A DNA stretch of 60,172 nucleotides, the filler included. It is 3 parts of 3 records of this genome, joined end to end, with 100 filler letters (N's around TTAATTAATTAA, not from the genome) between each part and the next. Parts side by side here need not be neighbours in the genome. Positions count along the whole stretch, not along the records: positions 24,869 to 54,422 come from DRR723986_18151; 2 more parts are not named here. One strand, written 5' to 3'. Of the stretch, positions 41,534 through 51,646 are shown in pieces. The notes below the pieces were generated by a model. The model did no database searches and had not been told where the DNA came from. It saw only the letters and a program-made list of their open reading frames with translations. The position numbers and the translations under genes are program-made. The first letter of the stretch is position 1. Each line of letters starts with the position of its first letter.

Positions 41534-42325
41534 ATGAAAAAAATAGCAATAGTTTTTTGCGCTGGATTAATACTCTATTCCTGTGCAAAAGTGCCTTTAA
41601 CAGGTAGGAATCAACTTGCATTGGTTTCAAACGAAGAGATCCAACCACTAGTAGATGAACAATACGATCAGGTATTAAAAGAAGATAAAGTCGTTACGAA
41701 TACTGCTGACGGGCAAAAAGTTCTCAAAGTGGGGAAGCGTATGGCAGAGGCAGTGGAAAGCTACTTAGCTTCCCAAGGTTATCAAGAGCTAGCAAACTCA
41801 TTCGAATGGGAATTTAATTTGCTCCAAAGTGATCAAGTTAATGCGTGGTGTATGCCAGGAGGTAAAGTAGCATTTTACACGGGAATAATGCCGCTAACTC
41901 AATCTGAAACAGGTATTGCAGTTGTGATGGGGCATGAAATTGCTCATGCAGTGGCATCTCACTCAGCAGAGCGTATGTCTAATGGTATGGTTGCTAATTT
42001 AGGCGTGAGTGTGTTGTCAAGTGCAATTGGGCAAAATCCTTCAATGACTCAAGCGATTTTTCTACAGTCTGTAGGAATTGGCGGTGAATTGGGGATGTTA
42101 AGTTTCTCAAGAAAACATGAGCTAGAAGCTGATGAATTAGGATTGACTTTTATGGCTATCGCTGGATACGATCCCCGTGAGGCACCGATCTTCTGGGAGC
42201 GAATGCTAGCCAATGAAAATGGTCAAGCTCCACCTGAGTTTCTATCTACTCACCCAGCATCACAGACAAGAATTGACAAGCTCAATAAACATATGCCTGA
42301 GGCATTGAAGTTTTACAAAGAGTAG
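41534..42325 (+). CDS. M48 family metallopeptidase lipoprotein
   Basis: Lipobox LYSC, NAWCMPGGK, GHEIAH, ELEAD, FLSTHP. Confidence 0.94.
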   Translation: MKKIAIVFCAGLILYSCAKVPLTGRNQLALVSNEEIQPLVDEQYDQVLKEDKVVTNTADGQKVLKVGKRMAEAVESYLASQGYQELANSFEWEFNLLQSDQVNAWCMPGGKVAFYTGIMPLTQSETGIAVVMGHEIAHAVASHSAERMSNGMVANLGVSVLSSAIGQNPSMTQAIFLQSVGIGGELGMLSFSRKHELEADELGLTFMAIAGYDPREAPIFWERMLANENGQAPPEFLSTHPASQTRIDKLNKHMPEALKFYKE

Positions 42326-42346
42326 ACTCAAGAGATATTTTGATTT

Positions 42347-42377
42347 AAAAACGGGCTTAGGTCCGTTTTTTTTTTTT
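42347..42377 (+). terminator. Intrinsic terminator
   Basis: AAAAACGGGC-TTAG-GTCCGTTTTT with a long T run. Confidence 0.8.
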
Positions 42378-42427
42378 AGGTTACCTCAATTTAATAGAGT
42401 AGTTAAGTCAATTTAAACTATATAAAG

Positions 42428-42793
42428 ATGAATAAGCCGGTCCTTGTTTTTTGTGGGCTGACCTTTGTATTAGCAGGATGTGAGGAAGAAAAACTTACCC
42501 GTGTAGAGTACTCGTTGGATGAAATTCTTTTTGCTTGTGACAATAGTGACAAAGCTGATTTTGTCTGGCTCGACCAATTTGTAGTTAAGGCAGAAGTGCA
42601 ACCTGAAGGCTATTACGCGGTAGAATTAATGAAATATAGTTCTTCGGTCTATATCCTGCTTCAGGATAATTTGAGCGCGAGTCCACCTGCAATTTACAAT
42701 TGCAATGGAGATCTTGCATTAGCTGATTTAGGATTGACTTACAATGAGTTTATAGACCAATCTATCAAATTGAAAACGATCTATTCAAAGTAA
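42428..42793 (+). CDS. Small hypothetical lipoprotein
   Basis: Lipobox LAGC; 121 aa; flanked by terminators. Confidence 0.7.
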   Translation: MNKPVLVFCGLTFVLAGCEEEKLTRVEYSLDEILFACDNSDKADFVWLDQFVVKAEVQPEGYYAVELMKYSSSVYILLQDNLSASPPAIYNCNGDLALADLGLTYNEFIDQSIKLKTIYSK

Positions 42794-42827
42794 CAAAAAA
42801 CCCGGAGGTGACTCCGGGTTTTTTGTT
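42792..42827. terminator. Bidirectional terminator
   Basis: AACAAAAAACCCGGAG-GTGA-CTCCGGGTTTTTTGTT between convergent stops. Confidence 0.9.
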
Positions 42828-43629
42828 ATTGGTTAAATCCTCTCAGTTTGATCTGAGTAAGTTTTCGTTTCGTATCCAGTGGGAAATCACCGCGCATCAT
42901 CCAATCGTAATATCCCGGCTCATCTTTCAGGACTTGGGTTACCGGAGTTCCTTTTTGCTTGCCGAAGTTGAAAACTTCCACACCCTCGTTATTGAATACA
43001 AATCTTCCGGCTAGATCTACCATTTTTTCATTGAGGAGATCATGAAGTTTCTTCATATCATTTTCGATGACTCCCAATTTGTTGCCTTGCAGATCTTCCA
43101 TTTCCTCACCTACGTAGCGCTCTATTTGGGCTTTGAATACGTCAAGTGTAGCCAAAGTATCAGCTTCGGCACTGTGGGCATTTTCAAGTGTTCTGCCACA
43201 GTAGAATTTGTAAGCTGCAGTCAGATTTCTTTTTTCCATCATGAAAAAGATCTTCTGCGCATCCAGAAGGTTTCTCTTATCTAAGTCAAACTCAATTCCA
43301 GCTCTCAGAAATTCTTCTACCAAAAGCGGGATATCATATTTTAGCACATTAAATCCTGCCAAATCGGACTGACCAATGAACTGGTATATCTCTCTAGCCA
43401 ATTCCTTAAAGGTTTTTTCATCCTTCACATCCTTATCATAAATGCCATGAATAAGAGAGGATTCCAAAGGAATGGGAATAGTAGGGTTGATCTTTTTGGT
43501 ATAAATTTCCTGACCTCCATCAGGCTTCACTTTCACAATGGAAATCTCAACGATTCTGTCCGTAGAGATGTTGATTCCAGTAGCTTCCAGATCAAAAAAT
43601 GCAACGGAATTCTTCAGGTTTAACTGCAT
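42826..43629 (-). CDS. DEDDh 3'-5' exonuclease (DNA polymerase III epsilon-like)
   Basis: FFDLEATG, GFNVLKYD, AHSAEADT. Confidence 0.92.
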   Translation of the reverse strand: MQLNLKNSVAFFDLEATGINISTDRIVEISIVKVKPDGGQEIYTKKINPTIPIPLESSLIHGIYDKDVKDEKTFKELAREIYQFIGQSDLAGFNVLKYDIPLLVEEFLRAGIEFDLDKRNLLDAQKIFFMMEKRNLTAAYKFYCGRTLENAHSAEADTLATLDVFKAQIERYVGEEMEDLQGNKLGVIENDMKKLHDLLNEKMVDLAGRFVFNNEGVEVFNFGKQKGTPVTQVLKDEPGYYDWMMRGDFPLDTKRKLTQIKLRGFNQ

Positions 43630-43631
43630 GG

Positions 43632-44987
43632 TTATTTAAATTTAGCTTTAATCGGCTCCAGATCCATTTTGTCATAGGATCCTGAACTCATCAAAAGTAG
43701 GTTGGAATTTGTATAGTCTTGAGCCAAAAGGAATTCTTTCAGGCTTTTGCTATCTGTAAATAATTTTAAATCTGGTCTTTGAAAGCCCTCTCTGAGTGTC
43801 GCTTCATCCATCAACTCCAACTTTTTCAAAGCGACAGCATGAGGATCAAGGTACACAATTGCGAGGTCTGCAGCTTCCATGGATTTTGCATAATTCGGTA
43901 AAAACTCCTTGTTCAACGAAGAATAAGTATGTAATTCTTGCACTGCAATCAATTTCCTGTTTGGGAATTGAGTTTTCACTGCCGACACAGTGGCTTTCAA
44001 TTTGGAAGGGGCGTGGGCAAAGTCTCTAAATAGGCTGGAGTTATCTGTTTGAACCAAAAGCTCCTGACGTTTTGCTGCGCCTTTAAATGACTGTATGCTT
44101 TTGTAGAACTCTTCCTTTGTCAATCCCAAGGCTAGGCAAATATCCATGGCACCTTGAAGGTTTTGCAGGTTGTGCTCTCCGAAAATATAAATAGGAATTA
44201 AACCATTATCCGTTTCCAGAAATGTCTTTCCGTCCTTGATAATGGCTGGATGAGCATTATAAGGAGTTTTCTTGGCTGAAATTGTGCTTTTCTCAGCAGC
44301 TTCTTTCACCAAAGGATCAGCTTCGCAATAAATCAATTCTCCAGAATCAGGAGTCAAATTCATCAATTTGCTAAACTGCTCTTTGTATTCTTCAAAGTCT
44401 GGGAACACATTGTAATGATCCCAGGCAATTCCACTCACCAATGCAATGCCATGCTTGTAATGGAAGAACTTCGGAGTTCTGTCTAGGGGAGAGGTGAGGT
44501 ATTCATCACCTTCAATGATGATCACAGGTGCATCTGATAGTTTCACCATCAAATCAAAACCTTCGATCTGAGCACCAACCAAATAATCAAAATCCACATT
44601 CTGATCTTTCAGGACATGAAGAATTACCGAAGTGATTGAAGTCTTTCCATGAGATCCAGCCACGATCACCCGCTTTTTCTGCTGACTTTGGTTGAAGATG
44701 AATTCAGGAAATGAATAAACAGGTATTCCCAGTTCTTGGGCTTTTACTAGTTCCGGATTATCGATTCTAGCATGCATTCCAAGGATTATACCCTCCAAAT
44801 CAGAGGTGATTTTTTCAGGAAACCAACCATACTCAGCAGGCAAAATCCCTGCTTTTTCTAATCTTGTACGTGAAGGTTCATAGATTTCATCATCGGAACC
44901 AGTGACCTGATAGCCTTTTTCTACTAGAGCTAAGGCCAAATTATGCATCACAGCTCCACCGATGGCTATAAAGTGATATTTATTCAT
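43632..44987 (-). CDS. mpl: Mur ligase family (murein peptide ligase Mpl/MurC-like)
   Basis: HFIAIGGAVMHNLA, AGSHGKTS, IEGDEY, DFAHAPSK. ATG at 44987. Confidence 0.8.
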   Translation of the reverse strand: MNKYHFIAIGGAVMHNLALALVEKGYQVTGSDDEIYEPSRTRLEKAGILPAEYGWFPEKITSDLEGIILGMHARIDNPELVKAQELGIPVYSFPEFIFNQSQQKKRVIVAGSHGKTSITSVILHVLKDQNVDFDYLVGAQIEGFDLMVKLSDAPVIIIEGDEYLTSPLDRTPKFFHYKHGIALVSGIAWDHYNVFPDFEEYKEQFSKLMNLTPDSGELIYCEADPLVKEAAEKSTISAKKTPYNAHPAIIKDGKTFLETDNGLIPIYIFGEHNLQNLQGAMDICLALGLTKEEFYKSIQSFKGAAKRQELLVQTDNSSLFRDFAHAPSKLKATVSAVKTQFPNRKLIAVQELHTYSSLNKEFLPNYAKSMEAADLAIVYLDPHAVALKKLELMDEATLREGFQRPDLKLFTDSKSLKEFLLAQDYTNSNLLLMSSGSYDKMDLEPIKAKFK

Positions 44988-45300
44988 TGGGTAAAATAAC
45001 GAGTGGGAATTACACTTCAAACTTAAAAATAATTATTGGCAGCTTAGGGACATAGCTATTCTAATTCAAAAGATTTTATTTGGTTGTTGAATTTTGACGG
45101 GTTAATTAAAAAGATTTTGGGTTTATTATTCCAATGAATGCAACTACCTGAGAGTCTGAATTAATCTCTAATAATCGGAAATGAGGCGGGATTTCTGGAA
45201 TAAATAATAGGTTGATTTTCTCTTCGAGGCTTGGTTATTGAGGAGTTTAAATGTTGATAACTCTGGCAGAAGTTGTTCAAAACTCTTGCCTTTTTCACAA

Positions 45301-45308
45301 TACATTTG
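45301..45308 (+). promoter_or_regulatory. -7 promoter element TACATTTG, 4 nt upstream of the dnaB ATG
   Basis: Exact TAnnTTTG match. Confidence 0.55.
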
Positions 45309-45312
45309 TTCT

Positions 45313-46893
45313 ATGACCGAGAAAAGCAGCAATCCCCGTATCACCAGAAATAAGCCAACTCATCAAAATTCTTCTATGCTAGGGAAAGTTCCGCCGCAAG
45401 CCATTGATCTTGAGGAGGCTGTACTTGGTGCGCTGATGCTGGAGAAAGATGCGTTGACCAATGTGATTGATATTTTGAAGGTTGAGAGTTTCTACAAAGA
45501 CTCTCATCAGGTTATTTTTCAGGCAATTCTCGATCTGTTTACAGAAAGCCAGCCTATAGATTTGCTAACAGTTACTTCTCAGCTTCGCAAAAGTGGCACC
45601 TTGGAGATTGCCGGAGGCGCTTTTTATGTGACTGAACTGACCTCCAAAGTAGCTTCTGCTGCCAATATTGAATACCACGCAAGGATTATCACAGAGCAAT
45701 CTATCAAGCGTGAAATGATCCGGATCGCTTCTGATATTCAAAAAGATGCTTACGAGGAGACTACGGATGTTTTTGAGTTACTAGATAAAATGGAGCAAAA
45801 TCTTTTTGAGATATCTGAAAAGAATATCCGGAAAAATTACTCCGACATGAAGTCCATCATGCGCGAGGCGATTATAGAGCTGGAAGCCAGAAAAGGACAA
45901 AAAGATGGTCTGACGGGTGTTCCTTCTGGTTTGACGGCCTTAGATCGTGTTACTTCTGGTTGGCAAAAATCAGATTTGGTAATTATTGCAGCTCGACCTG
46001 CGATGGGTAAAACGGCCTTTGTACTTTCAGTTTTAAGAAATGCAGCCGTGGATCACAGTCGCCCTGTAGCTATTTTCTCCCTGGAGATGTCCTCTGTTCA
46101 GTTGGTGAATCGTCTTATTTCATCTGAAGCTGAATTGGACTCTGAAAAAATCAAAAAAGGAACACTTGCAGACCATGAGTGGGCACAATTGGTTCACAAG
46201 ACTGCCAAGCTTTCCAAAGCGCCACTTTTCGTAGATGATACGCCTGCACTATCTATACTTGAGCTTCGTGCAAAATGTAGAAAACTAAAAGCTCAGCACG
46301 ATATTCAGATGATTGTAATTGATTACTTGCAACTGATGTCTGGTGACTCCAAAAGTGGCGGAGGAGGTAACCGAGAGCAGGAAATTGCGAGTATTTCCCG
46401 AGCCCTAAAGAAAATCGCTAAGGAGCTTGAGGTTCCAGTAATTGCACTTTCACAGCTATCCAGAGCGGTGGAAACCAGAGGTGGAGATAAAAGACCACAG
46501 CTTTCGGATTTGAGGGAATCGGGAGCCATCGAGCAGGATGCCGATATGGTTATGTTCCTTTACCGTCCTGAATATTATGGGATCACCGAGGATGAAGATG
46601 GGAATTCCACTCAGGGAGTTGGAGAAGTAATTATCGCCAAGCACAGAAACGGTTCTTTGGATACAGTAAGATTGAGGTTTATCGGTAGATACACTAAGTT
46701 TCAGGATTTGGATGGGTTTGGTAATATGCAAGATCCACAAGGTGGAAATGCTGTTTACAGACCTACATTTGCTGCCCAATCAAGTGGGATTTCTGAGTTT
46801 GACTCTGGGAATACGATTAAGCTTCAAAGCAAGGCAAACAGTGATGATGGTGAAGATCTTTTAAATAGAAATAACTCAGAAGATGCATTTTAA
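45313..46893 (+). CDS. dnaB: Replicative DNA helicase
   Basis: PPQAIDLEEAVLG, AARPAMGKT, FSLEM, IDYLQL, LSDLRESGAIEQDAD, IAKHRNG. Confidence 0.98.
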   Translation: MTEKSSNPRITRNKPTHQNSSMLGKVPPQAIDLEEAVLGALMLEKDALTNVIDILKVESFYKDSHQVIFQAILDLFTESQPIDLLTVTSQLRKSGTLEIAGGAFYVTELTSKVASAANIEYHARIITEQSIKREMIRIASDIQKDAYEETTDVFELLDKMEQNLFEISEKNIRKNYSDMKSIMREAIIELEARKGQKDGLTGVPSGLTALDRVTSGWQKSDLVIIAARPAMGKTAFVLSVLRNAAVDHSRPVAIFSLEMSSVQLVNRLISSEAELDSEKIKKGTLADHEWAQLVHKTAKLSKAPLFVDDTPALSILELRAKCRKLKAQHDIQMIVIDYLQLMSGDSKSGGGGNREQEIASISRALKKIAKELEVPVIALSQLSRAVETRGGDKRPQLSDLRESGAIEQDADMVMFLYRPEYYGITEDEDGNSTQGVGEVIIAKHRNGSLDTVRLRFIGRYTKFQDLDGFGNMQDPQGGNAVYRPTFAAQSSGISEFDSGNTIKLQSKANSDDGEDLLNRNNSEDAF

Positions 46894-47014
46894 TACCGTA
46901 TAAAATCGAGTACGACGAGAAAGACATACAGACTGGGATGGTTATAATTGCGAGATTCTCCCGAAGAAAAATCGGGACAGGCTATCTGACCTCTTAAAAA
47001 CAAATTATAATCCT

Positions 47015-48013
47015 ATGAAAGCAATAACTCTAAATAGCTCTCAATCATCAAAACTATTACTGACCGAAGTTCAGACCAGAAATTTGCTTCCTGGAGAAGC
47101 ACGGGTGCTGATTAAAGCTGCTGCGTTAAATCACCGGGATGAATGGTGTAGGCAAGGTTTATATCCAAACCTAAGAGATGGTGTAATTCTAGGTTCGGAT
47201 GGAGCTGGTATAGTGAGTGAGATAGGAGAGGGAGTTGATTATGAGCTTTTACAGAAAGAAGTAATTATTAATCCAGCGTTAAATTGGGGTGATAATCAAA
47301 AGGTCCAAAGTGCATCTTTTGAGATTTTGGGTATGCCAAGAAATGGGACTTTGGCTGAATCTATAATTGTTCCCGTAGATCGACTTTACTCCAAACCAGC
47401 GCATTTGACATGGGAAGAAGCCGCGGCTTTGCCACTTGCAGGATTAACAGCATTCAGGGCACTTACCTACCAAGGTGAGATTCAGCCCGGAGAGAACTTA
47501 TTGGTTACTGGGTTTGGTGGAGGAGTAGCTCAGTTTGCAGTACAGTTTGGAATGGCTCTTGGCGCGAATGTGTCCACAAGCAGTAGCAGTCCTGAGAAAC
47601 TAGAGAAAGCTAAAGCTTTGGGTGTTTCAAATACCTTTAATTATTTGGATCACAATTGGATAACAAAAGCTAATGAAGATACCGATGGCTTTGATTTGAT
47701 CATAGATGGAGCTGTAGGCGATACGTTAAATCATCTGATTCAAGTTGCAAAACCAGGTGGGAAAATTGTTTTTTACGGAGCTACTCTTGGCAATCCTACT
47801 AAGTTGGAAGCTCGAAAAATCTTTTGGAACCACCTGAAAATTATGGGAACCACGATGGGTTCAGATCTGGACTTTATGAATATGGTTTCATTTGTCAACG
47901 AGAAAAAAATACAACCAATCATAGATCAGGTTTTCCAGTTTGATCAAGCTGAAGAGGCTTTTGATCGAATGCGAGATGGGAAGCAAATGGGTAAAATCGT
48001 TTTGATTCCTTAA
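47015..48013 (+). CDS. MDR family NAD(P)-dependent quinone oxidoreductase/alcohol dehydrogenase
   Basis: AAALNHRD, GSDGAG, AAALPLAGLTAFRAL, GKIVL. Confidence 0.88.
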   Translation: MKAITLNSSQSSKLLLTEVQTRNLLPGEARVLIKAAALNHRDEWCRQGLYPNLRDGVILGSDGAGIVSEIGEGVDYELLQKEVIINPALNWGDNQKVQSASFEILGMPRNGTLAESIIVPVDRLYSKPAHLTWEEAAALPLAGLTAFRALTYQGEIQPGENLLVTGFGGGVAQFAVQFGMALGANVSTSSSSPEKLEKAKALGVSNTFNYLDHNWITKANEDTDGFDLIIDGAVGDTLNHLIQVAKPGGKIVFYGATLGNPTKLEARKIFWNHLKIMGTTMGSDLDFMNMVSFVNEKKIQPIIDQVFQFDQAEEAFDRMRDGKQMGKIVLIP

Positions 48014-48495
48014 ATCTCCACGTAGGTTTCGCCGAATTCCTTTTTGGCTATTCTATAGATTTCGTCCTTATCAAGTGGGACTACTAGCATATCGCCGGGT
48101 TTTGCGATCATGCTGTCCTTCCAAGGAGCCTGGAACTTCAATGGTTTGCTTACTCCTAAATCTTTAAAATGCGCTTCACTCACTATTATGCCTAAGATTT
48201 CTCCTTTAGGCTGGTAGCATCCCCATCCTTGTTCTAAGGCTTGTATTATAGTGTATTTTTTTTCAAAAGTTTCTGCTTTTACTAAATACAGCTCATTGAC
48301 ACTTGTTTGATTTTCCACCAGCCAATCGCCCACCCCAGCAATATTTCGAGTTTCTTCCCCGTCAGATGTTTTGGTAATTACCAACTGACCCGGTTTGGCT
48401 TTTTTAGCTCGAATCAAACTCTTCTTTTTGTAGCGCTTACCGCTTTTTTCTAAAATTGGAAGAAAATGAGCCAGCATTTCTTGTTGGGTGATCAT
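48010..48495 (-). CDS. Hypothetical protein with two PGDYG-like repeats
   Basis: AGVGDWLV..ELYLV..ETFEKKY and AKPGDMLV..EIYRI..EFGETY. Confidence 0.6.
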   Translation of the reverse strand: MITQQEMLAHFLPILEKSGKRYKKKSLIRAKKAKPGQLVITKTSDGEETRNIAGVGDWLVENQTSVNELYLVKAETFEKKYTIIQALEQGWGCYQPKGEILGIIVSEAHFKDLGVSKPLKFQAPWKDSMIAKPGDMLVVPLDKDEIYRIAKKEFGETYVEI

Positions 48496-48606
48496 GGAAT
48501 AGAGGGGTTATTTTTTTGATATAGGTCATATAAAACTAAGAATAACAAATTAAGTATTGCTTACTTTTAAGATGATTTTAGTACTATTTTTTAATTTTCA
48601 GAAATC

Positions 48607-48939
48607 TTAATCCAAGTCATTTTCAAAGAGAAAATTTTGGTAAGCATTCTGCAATTCCTGCTGAGCCTTCAAATTTTTTTGCTCCCGTGATAGCACAATT
48701 CCTTTCTCAAAAATCAGTTTAGACTGCTCTAAATCACCCATTTCTGCATATAAATGGGCAGCTGGAAAGTAAGTAGCAAGGTAAGTTGGGTGTTCAGCAA
48801 GTAACTTTGCGAAGAGATTGTGGGCTTCTTCCGGATTCGATTCACGGAATTCAATTGCCAAAGCATACCAGTTGAATGGATTCTCAGGTTCTTCTTCGGT
48901 AAATTGTCTTAGTAACTGTATCCTGTCCAGATTGCTCAT
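48607..48939 (-). CDS. Small TPR protein
   Basis: PENPFNWYALAIE, PTYLATY helical repeats; divergent from etfB. Confidence 0.8.
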   Translation of the reverse strand: MSNLDRIQLLRQFTEEEPENPFNWYALAIEFRESNPEEAHNLFAKLLAEHPTYLATYFPAAHLYAEMGDLEQSKLIFEKGIVLSREQKNLKAQQELQNAYQNFLFENDLD

Positions 48940-49013
48940 CAATAGTTTTTTTAATTAAGTGCTTACTGTTATTTTCACGAGAAATAAATCTAAAATAATC
49001 TAATTCTAAACCA

Positions 49014-49751
49014 ATGAAGATTCTTGTTTGTATCACCCACGTACCTGATACTACCTCCAAGATTCAGTTTACGGCCGACAATACCAAGTTTGATTCTACG
49101 GGAGTTCAATATATTATTGGCCCTTACGATGATTATGCCTTGGCTCGTGCTGTTGAATTGAGAGATCAAGCGAGTGGAAAGTTAACAGTTTTGAATGTAG
49201 GAGAAGCGGATTCTGATCCGACTTTGAGAAAAGCCTTAGCAATAGGGGCTGATGAAGCGATTAGAGTAAACTCTGCTCCGAAAGATTCTTATTTCGTTGC
49301 GCAGCAAATTGCACATTACGCCAAAGAAGGAGAATATGACTTGATTTTAATGGGCAGAGAATCCATTGATTTCAACGGAGGAATGGTTCATGGCATGGTA
49401 GGAGAGTTGTTGGGTATCCCTTCATTTTCGCCAGTGATGAAACTAGATGTCGATGGTTCTACCGTGAAAATGGCCAGAGAAATTGAAGGTGGTAAGGAAA
49501 TGTTGGAAGCAAACCTTCCGCTGATTGCTGGCTGTCAAGAGCCTATCGCAGAGTGGAAAATCCCAAATATGCGTGGGATCATGTCTGCTAGAACTAAGCC
49601 TTTGAATGTAGTGGAGCCAGTATCTCAGGAGACTCAAGCTGAAGCAAGCAAGTACGAGCTGCCACCTGCCAAGGGAGCTGTGAAATTGGTCGATAAAGAC
49701 AATGTAGCAGAGCTTGTCAGGCTTTTGAAAAATGAAGCGAAAGTCCTTTAA
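49014..49751 (+). CDS. etfB: Electron transfer flavoprotein beta subunit
   Basis: MKILVCI..VPDT, ALAIGAD, REIEGG, PNMRGIM. Confidence 0.96.
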   Translation: MKILVCITHVPDTTSKIQFTADNTKFDSTGVQYIIGPYDDYALARAVELRDQASGKLTVLNVGEADSDPTLRKALAIGADEAIRVNSAPKDSYFVAQQIAHYAKEGEYDLILMGRESIDFNGGMVHGMVGELLGIPSFSPVMKLDVDGSTVKMAREIEGGKEMLEANLPLIAGCQEPIAEWKIPNMRGIMSARTKPLNVVEPVSQETQAEASKYELPPAKGAVKLVDKDNVAELVRLLKNEAKVL

Positions 49752-49785
49752 TGAAACCCAATAACTTGTTATAAATTAGGATATT

Positions 49786-50754
49786 ATGTCAATTTTAGTA
49801 TATATAGAACAAGCTGAAGGAAAAGTAAAAAAGACGAGTCTTGAGGCTGTCTCTTTTGCCAATGCTTTAGCGGCACAAACTGGAGAAGGAGATGTGGTAG
49901 CAGTAGCTCTTGGCACCATCGGTAACGAAGAGCTTGCAGCAGTAGGTAAAGCTGGTGCGGCTAAAGTGATGCACGGTGCAGAAAGTAAGTTGGATGCTGG
50001 AGTGATACAGGCACATGCTTCTGCAGTAGCTCAGGCCTACAATCTCATAGGAGCGAAAACCTTGGTCTTAGCTAAATCATCACTGGGAGATGCTGTTGCA
50101 GCAAGACTTGCAATTAAACTTAAAGCAGGCTTGGTATCCAACGTGGTAGAATTACCAAAAACTGATGGGGGATATGTGGTGAAAAGAAGTATTTATACAG
50201 GAAAGGCTTTTGCAGAAACATCTGTGACGACTGAAAATAAAATCCTTGCAATCAAGAAGAATGCAATTGATTTGAAACAGGATGGAGCAGATGCTCAAGT
50301 TGAGACTTTTGATGTGGCTCTGGAAGACGCTGATTTTGCTTCTAAAATCACATCTACTGAACGAGCTACGGGCGACGTATTACTTCCAGAAGCAGATATT
50401 GTGGTATCAGGAGGTAGAGGTTTGAAAGGTCCAGAAAACTGGGGAATGGTAGTAGAAATGGCAAAGATTCTTGGTGCAGCAACTGCCTGTTCGAAGCCTG
50501 TTTCTGATTTGGAATGGAGACCTCACCATGAGCACGTAGGGCAAACTGGTGTAAAAGTCGCTCCAACTTTGTACATAGCGATAGGAATTTCAGGAGCTAT
50601 TCAACATCTTGCAGGAGTAAATTCTTCAAAGTGTATTGTTGTCATTAATAAGGATCCTGATGCTCCTTTTTTCAAAGCTGCGGATTACGGAATCGTAGGC
50701 GATGCTTTTGAGGTTGTGCCAAAATTAAACGAAGCATTTAAAGCTGAATTATAA
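49786..50754 (+). CDS. etfA: Electron transfer flavoprotein alpha subunit
   Basis: VVSGGRG, VGQTG, GISGAIQHLAG, INKDPDAP. Confidence 0.97.
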   Translation: MSILVYIEQAEGKVKKTSLEAVSFANALAAQTGEGDVVAVALGTIGNEELAAVGKAGAAKVMHGAESKLDAGVIQAHASAVAQAYNLIGAKTLVLAKSSLGDAVAARLAIKLKAGLVSNVVELPKTDGGYVVKRSIYTGKAFAETSVTTENKILAIKKNAIDLKQDGADAQVETFDVALEDADFASKITSTERATGDVLLPEADIVVSGGRGLKGPENWGMVVEMAKILGAATACSKPVSDLEWRPHHEHVGQTGVKVAPTLYIAIGISGAIQHLAGVNSSKCIVVINKDPDAPFFKAADYGIVGDAFEVVPKLNEAFKAEL

Positions 50755-50760
50755 ATTTTT

Positions 50761-51357
50761 GTGGAAAAACTCATAGAACTTGAGATTTTAGGACTTTCGT
50801 CCAATCATTCCCAATCCGGGTCATTTACCTTGGTGTTAGGGGAAGTTGGTGGAGCAAGACGTTTGCCGATCGTGATCGGTATGTTTGAAGCTCAGGCGAT
50901 CGCCTTAGAAATCGAAAAGATTGTTCCAAATCGTCCCATGACGCATGATTTATTTAAGTCATTTGCATCTGGGTTCAATTTCGATATTGAAAGGATCGTA
51001 ATAACTGACATGAAAGAAGGTGTCTATTATGCTAAGATACAGTGTAAAGGAGACAAAATTGAGACAGATGTAGATGCTAGACCTTCTGATGCCATAGCGA
51101 TTGCGATACGATTTGGAAGTCCTGTATTTTGTACTGAAAAGGCTATGTCCGAAGGGGCAGTTGAGCATTATGAAGTAGAAAGTAAGGACGAGAAAAAGGA
51201 GCCAAAACCTTCCACTCAAAAGTTCGCAACTAAAAAAGAGCCTTCACTGAAAGATTTCAGCTTAGATAAGCTCAACCAGATGCTTGATAAAGCGATAAAC
51301 AATGAGGACTATGAGCGAGCTGCTCGTATTCGGGATGAAATCAACAAGAGAAACTAA
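50761..51357 (+). CDS. Bifunctional nuclease (DUF151) with C-terminal UVR domain
   Basis: LPIVIGMFEAQAI, RPMTHDL, DARPSDAIA, EDYERAARIRDEI. Confidence 0.93.
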   Translation: MEKLIELEILGLSSNHSQSGSFTLVLGEVGGARRLPIVIGMFEAQAIALEIEKIVPNRPMTHDLFKSFASGFNFDIERIVITDMKEGVYYAKIQCKGDKIETDVDARPSDAIAIAIRFGSPVFCTEKAMSEGAVEHYEVESKDEKKEPKPSTQKFATKKEPSLKDFSLDKLNQMLDKAINNEDYERAARIRDEINKRN

Positions 51358-51367
51358 TTCCATAATG

Positions 51368-51394
51368 GCCCGAGCTAGCTCGGGCTTTTTTTTT
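51368..51394 (+). terminator. Intrinsic terminator of the etf operon
   Basis: GCCCGAGC-TA-GCTCGGGC followed by T9. Confidence 0.85.
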
Positions 51395-51646
51395 GACTGC
51401 AGTATTCGCAACGGATTGCGCAAAGAGCACAGTTGTTCTGCTTCTCCAGAAGCCGGACATTAAGCAAAATTAGGTACCCATAACAACTTATTTCTCTAAT
51501 ATTGAAAGGTAGCGAAATGTGAACTGCGACTGATCACTGCTCACTATTTTCCCCTAATTCTCAATTTATAGCTTAACCTCGTAATGCAGGATTGTTTTAT
51601 GATCCTGTGTTCCTTATTTTTAGGCCTTATCTGCAATAATTACTGA

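Noticed and set aside
42366-42377. T12 homopolymer as a phase-variation tract
   Set aside because: It is the U-tail of an intrinsic terminator, outside coding sequence.
45238-46893. Intein in the long DnaB ORF
   Set aside because: Helicase motifs are contiguous. The extra length comes from an over-extended start call and a low-complexity C-terminal tail; no intein termini are present.
46959-46982. Small hairpin TCCCGA-N7-TCGGGA-CAGGC after dnaB
   Set aside because: Only a 6-bp stem with no U-tail and a single copy in the window; too weak to call.
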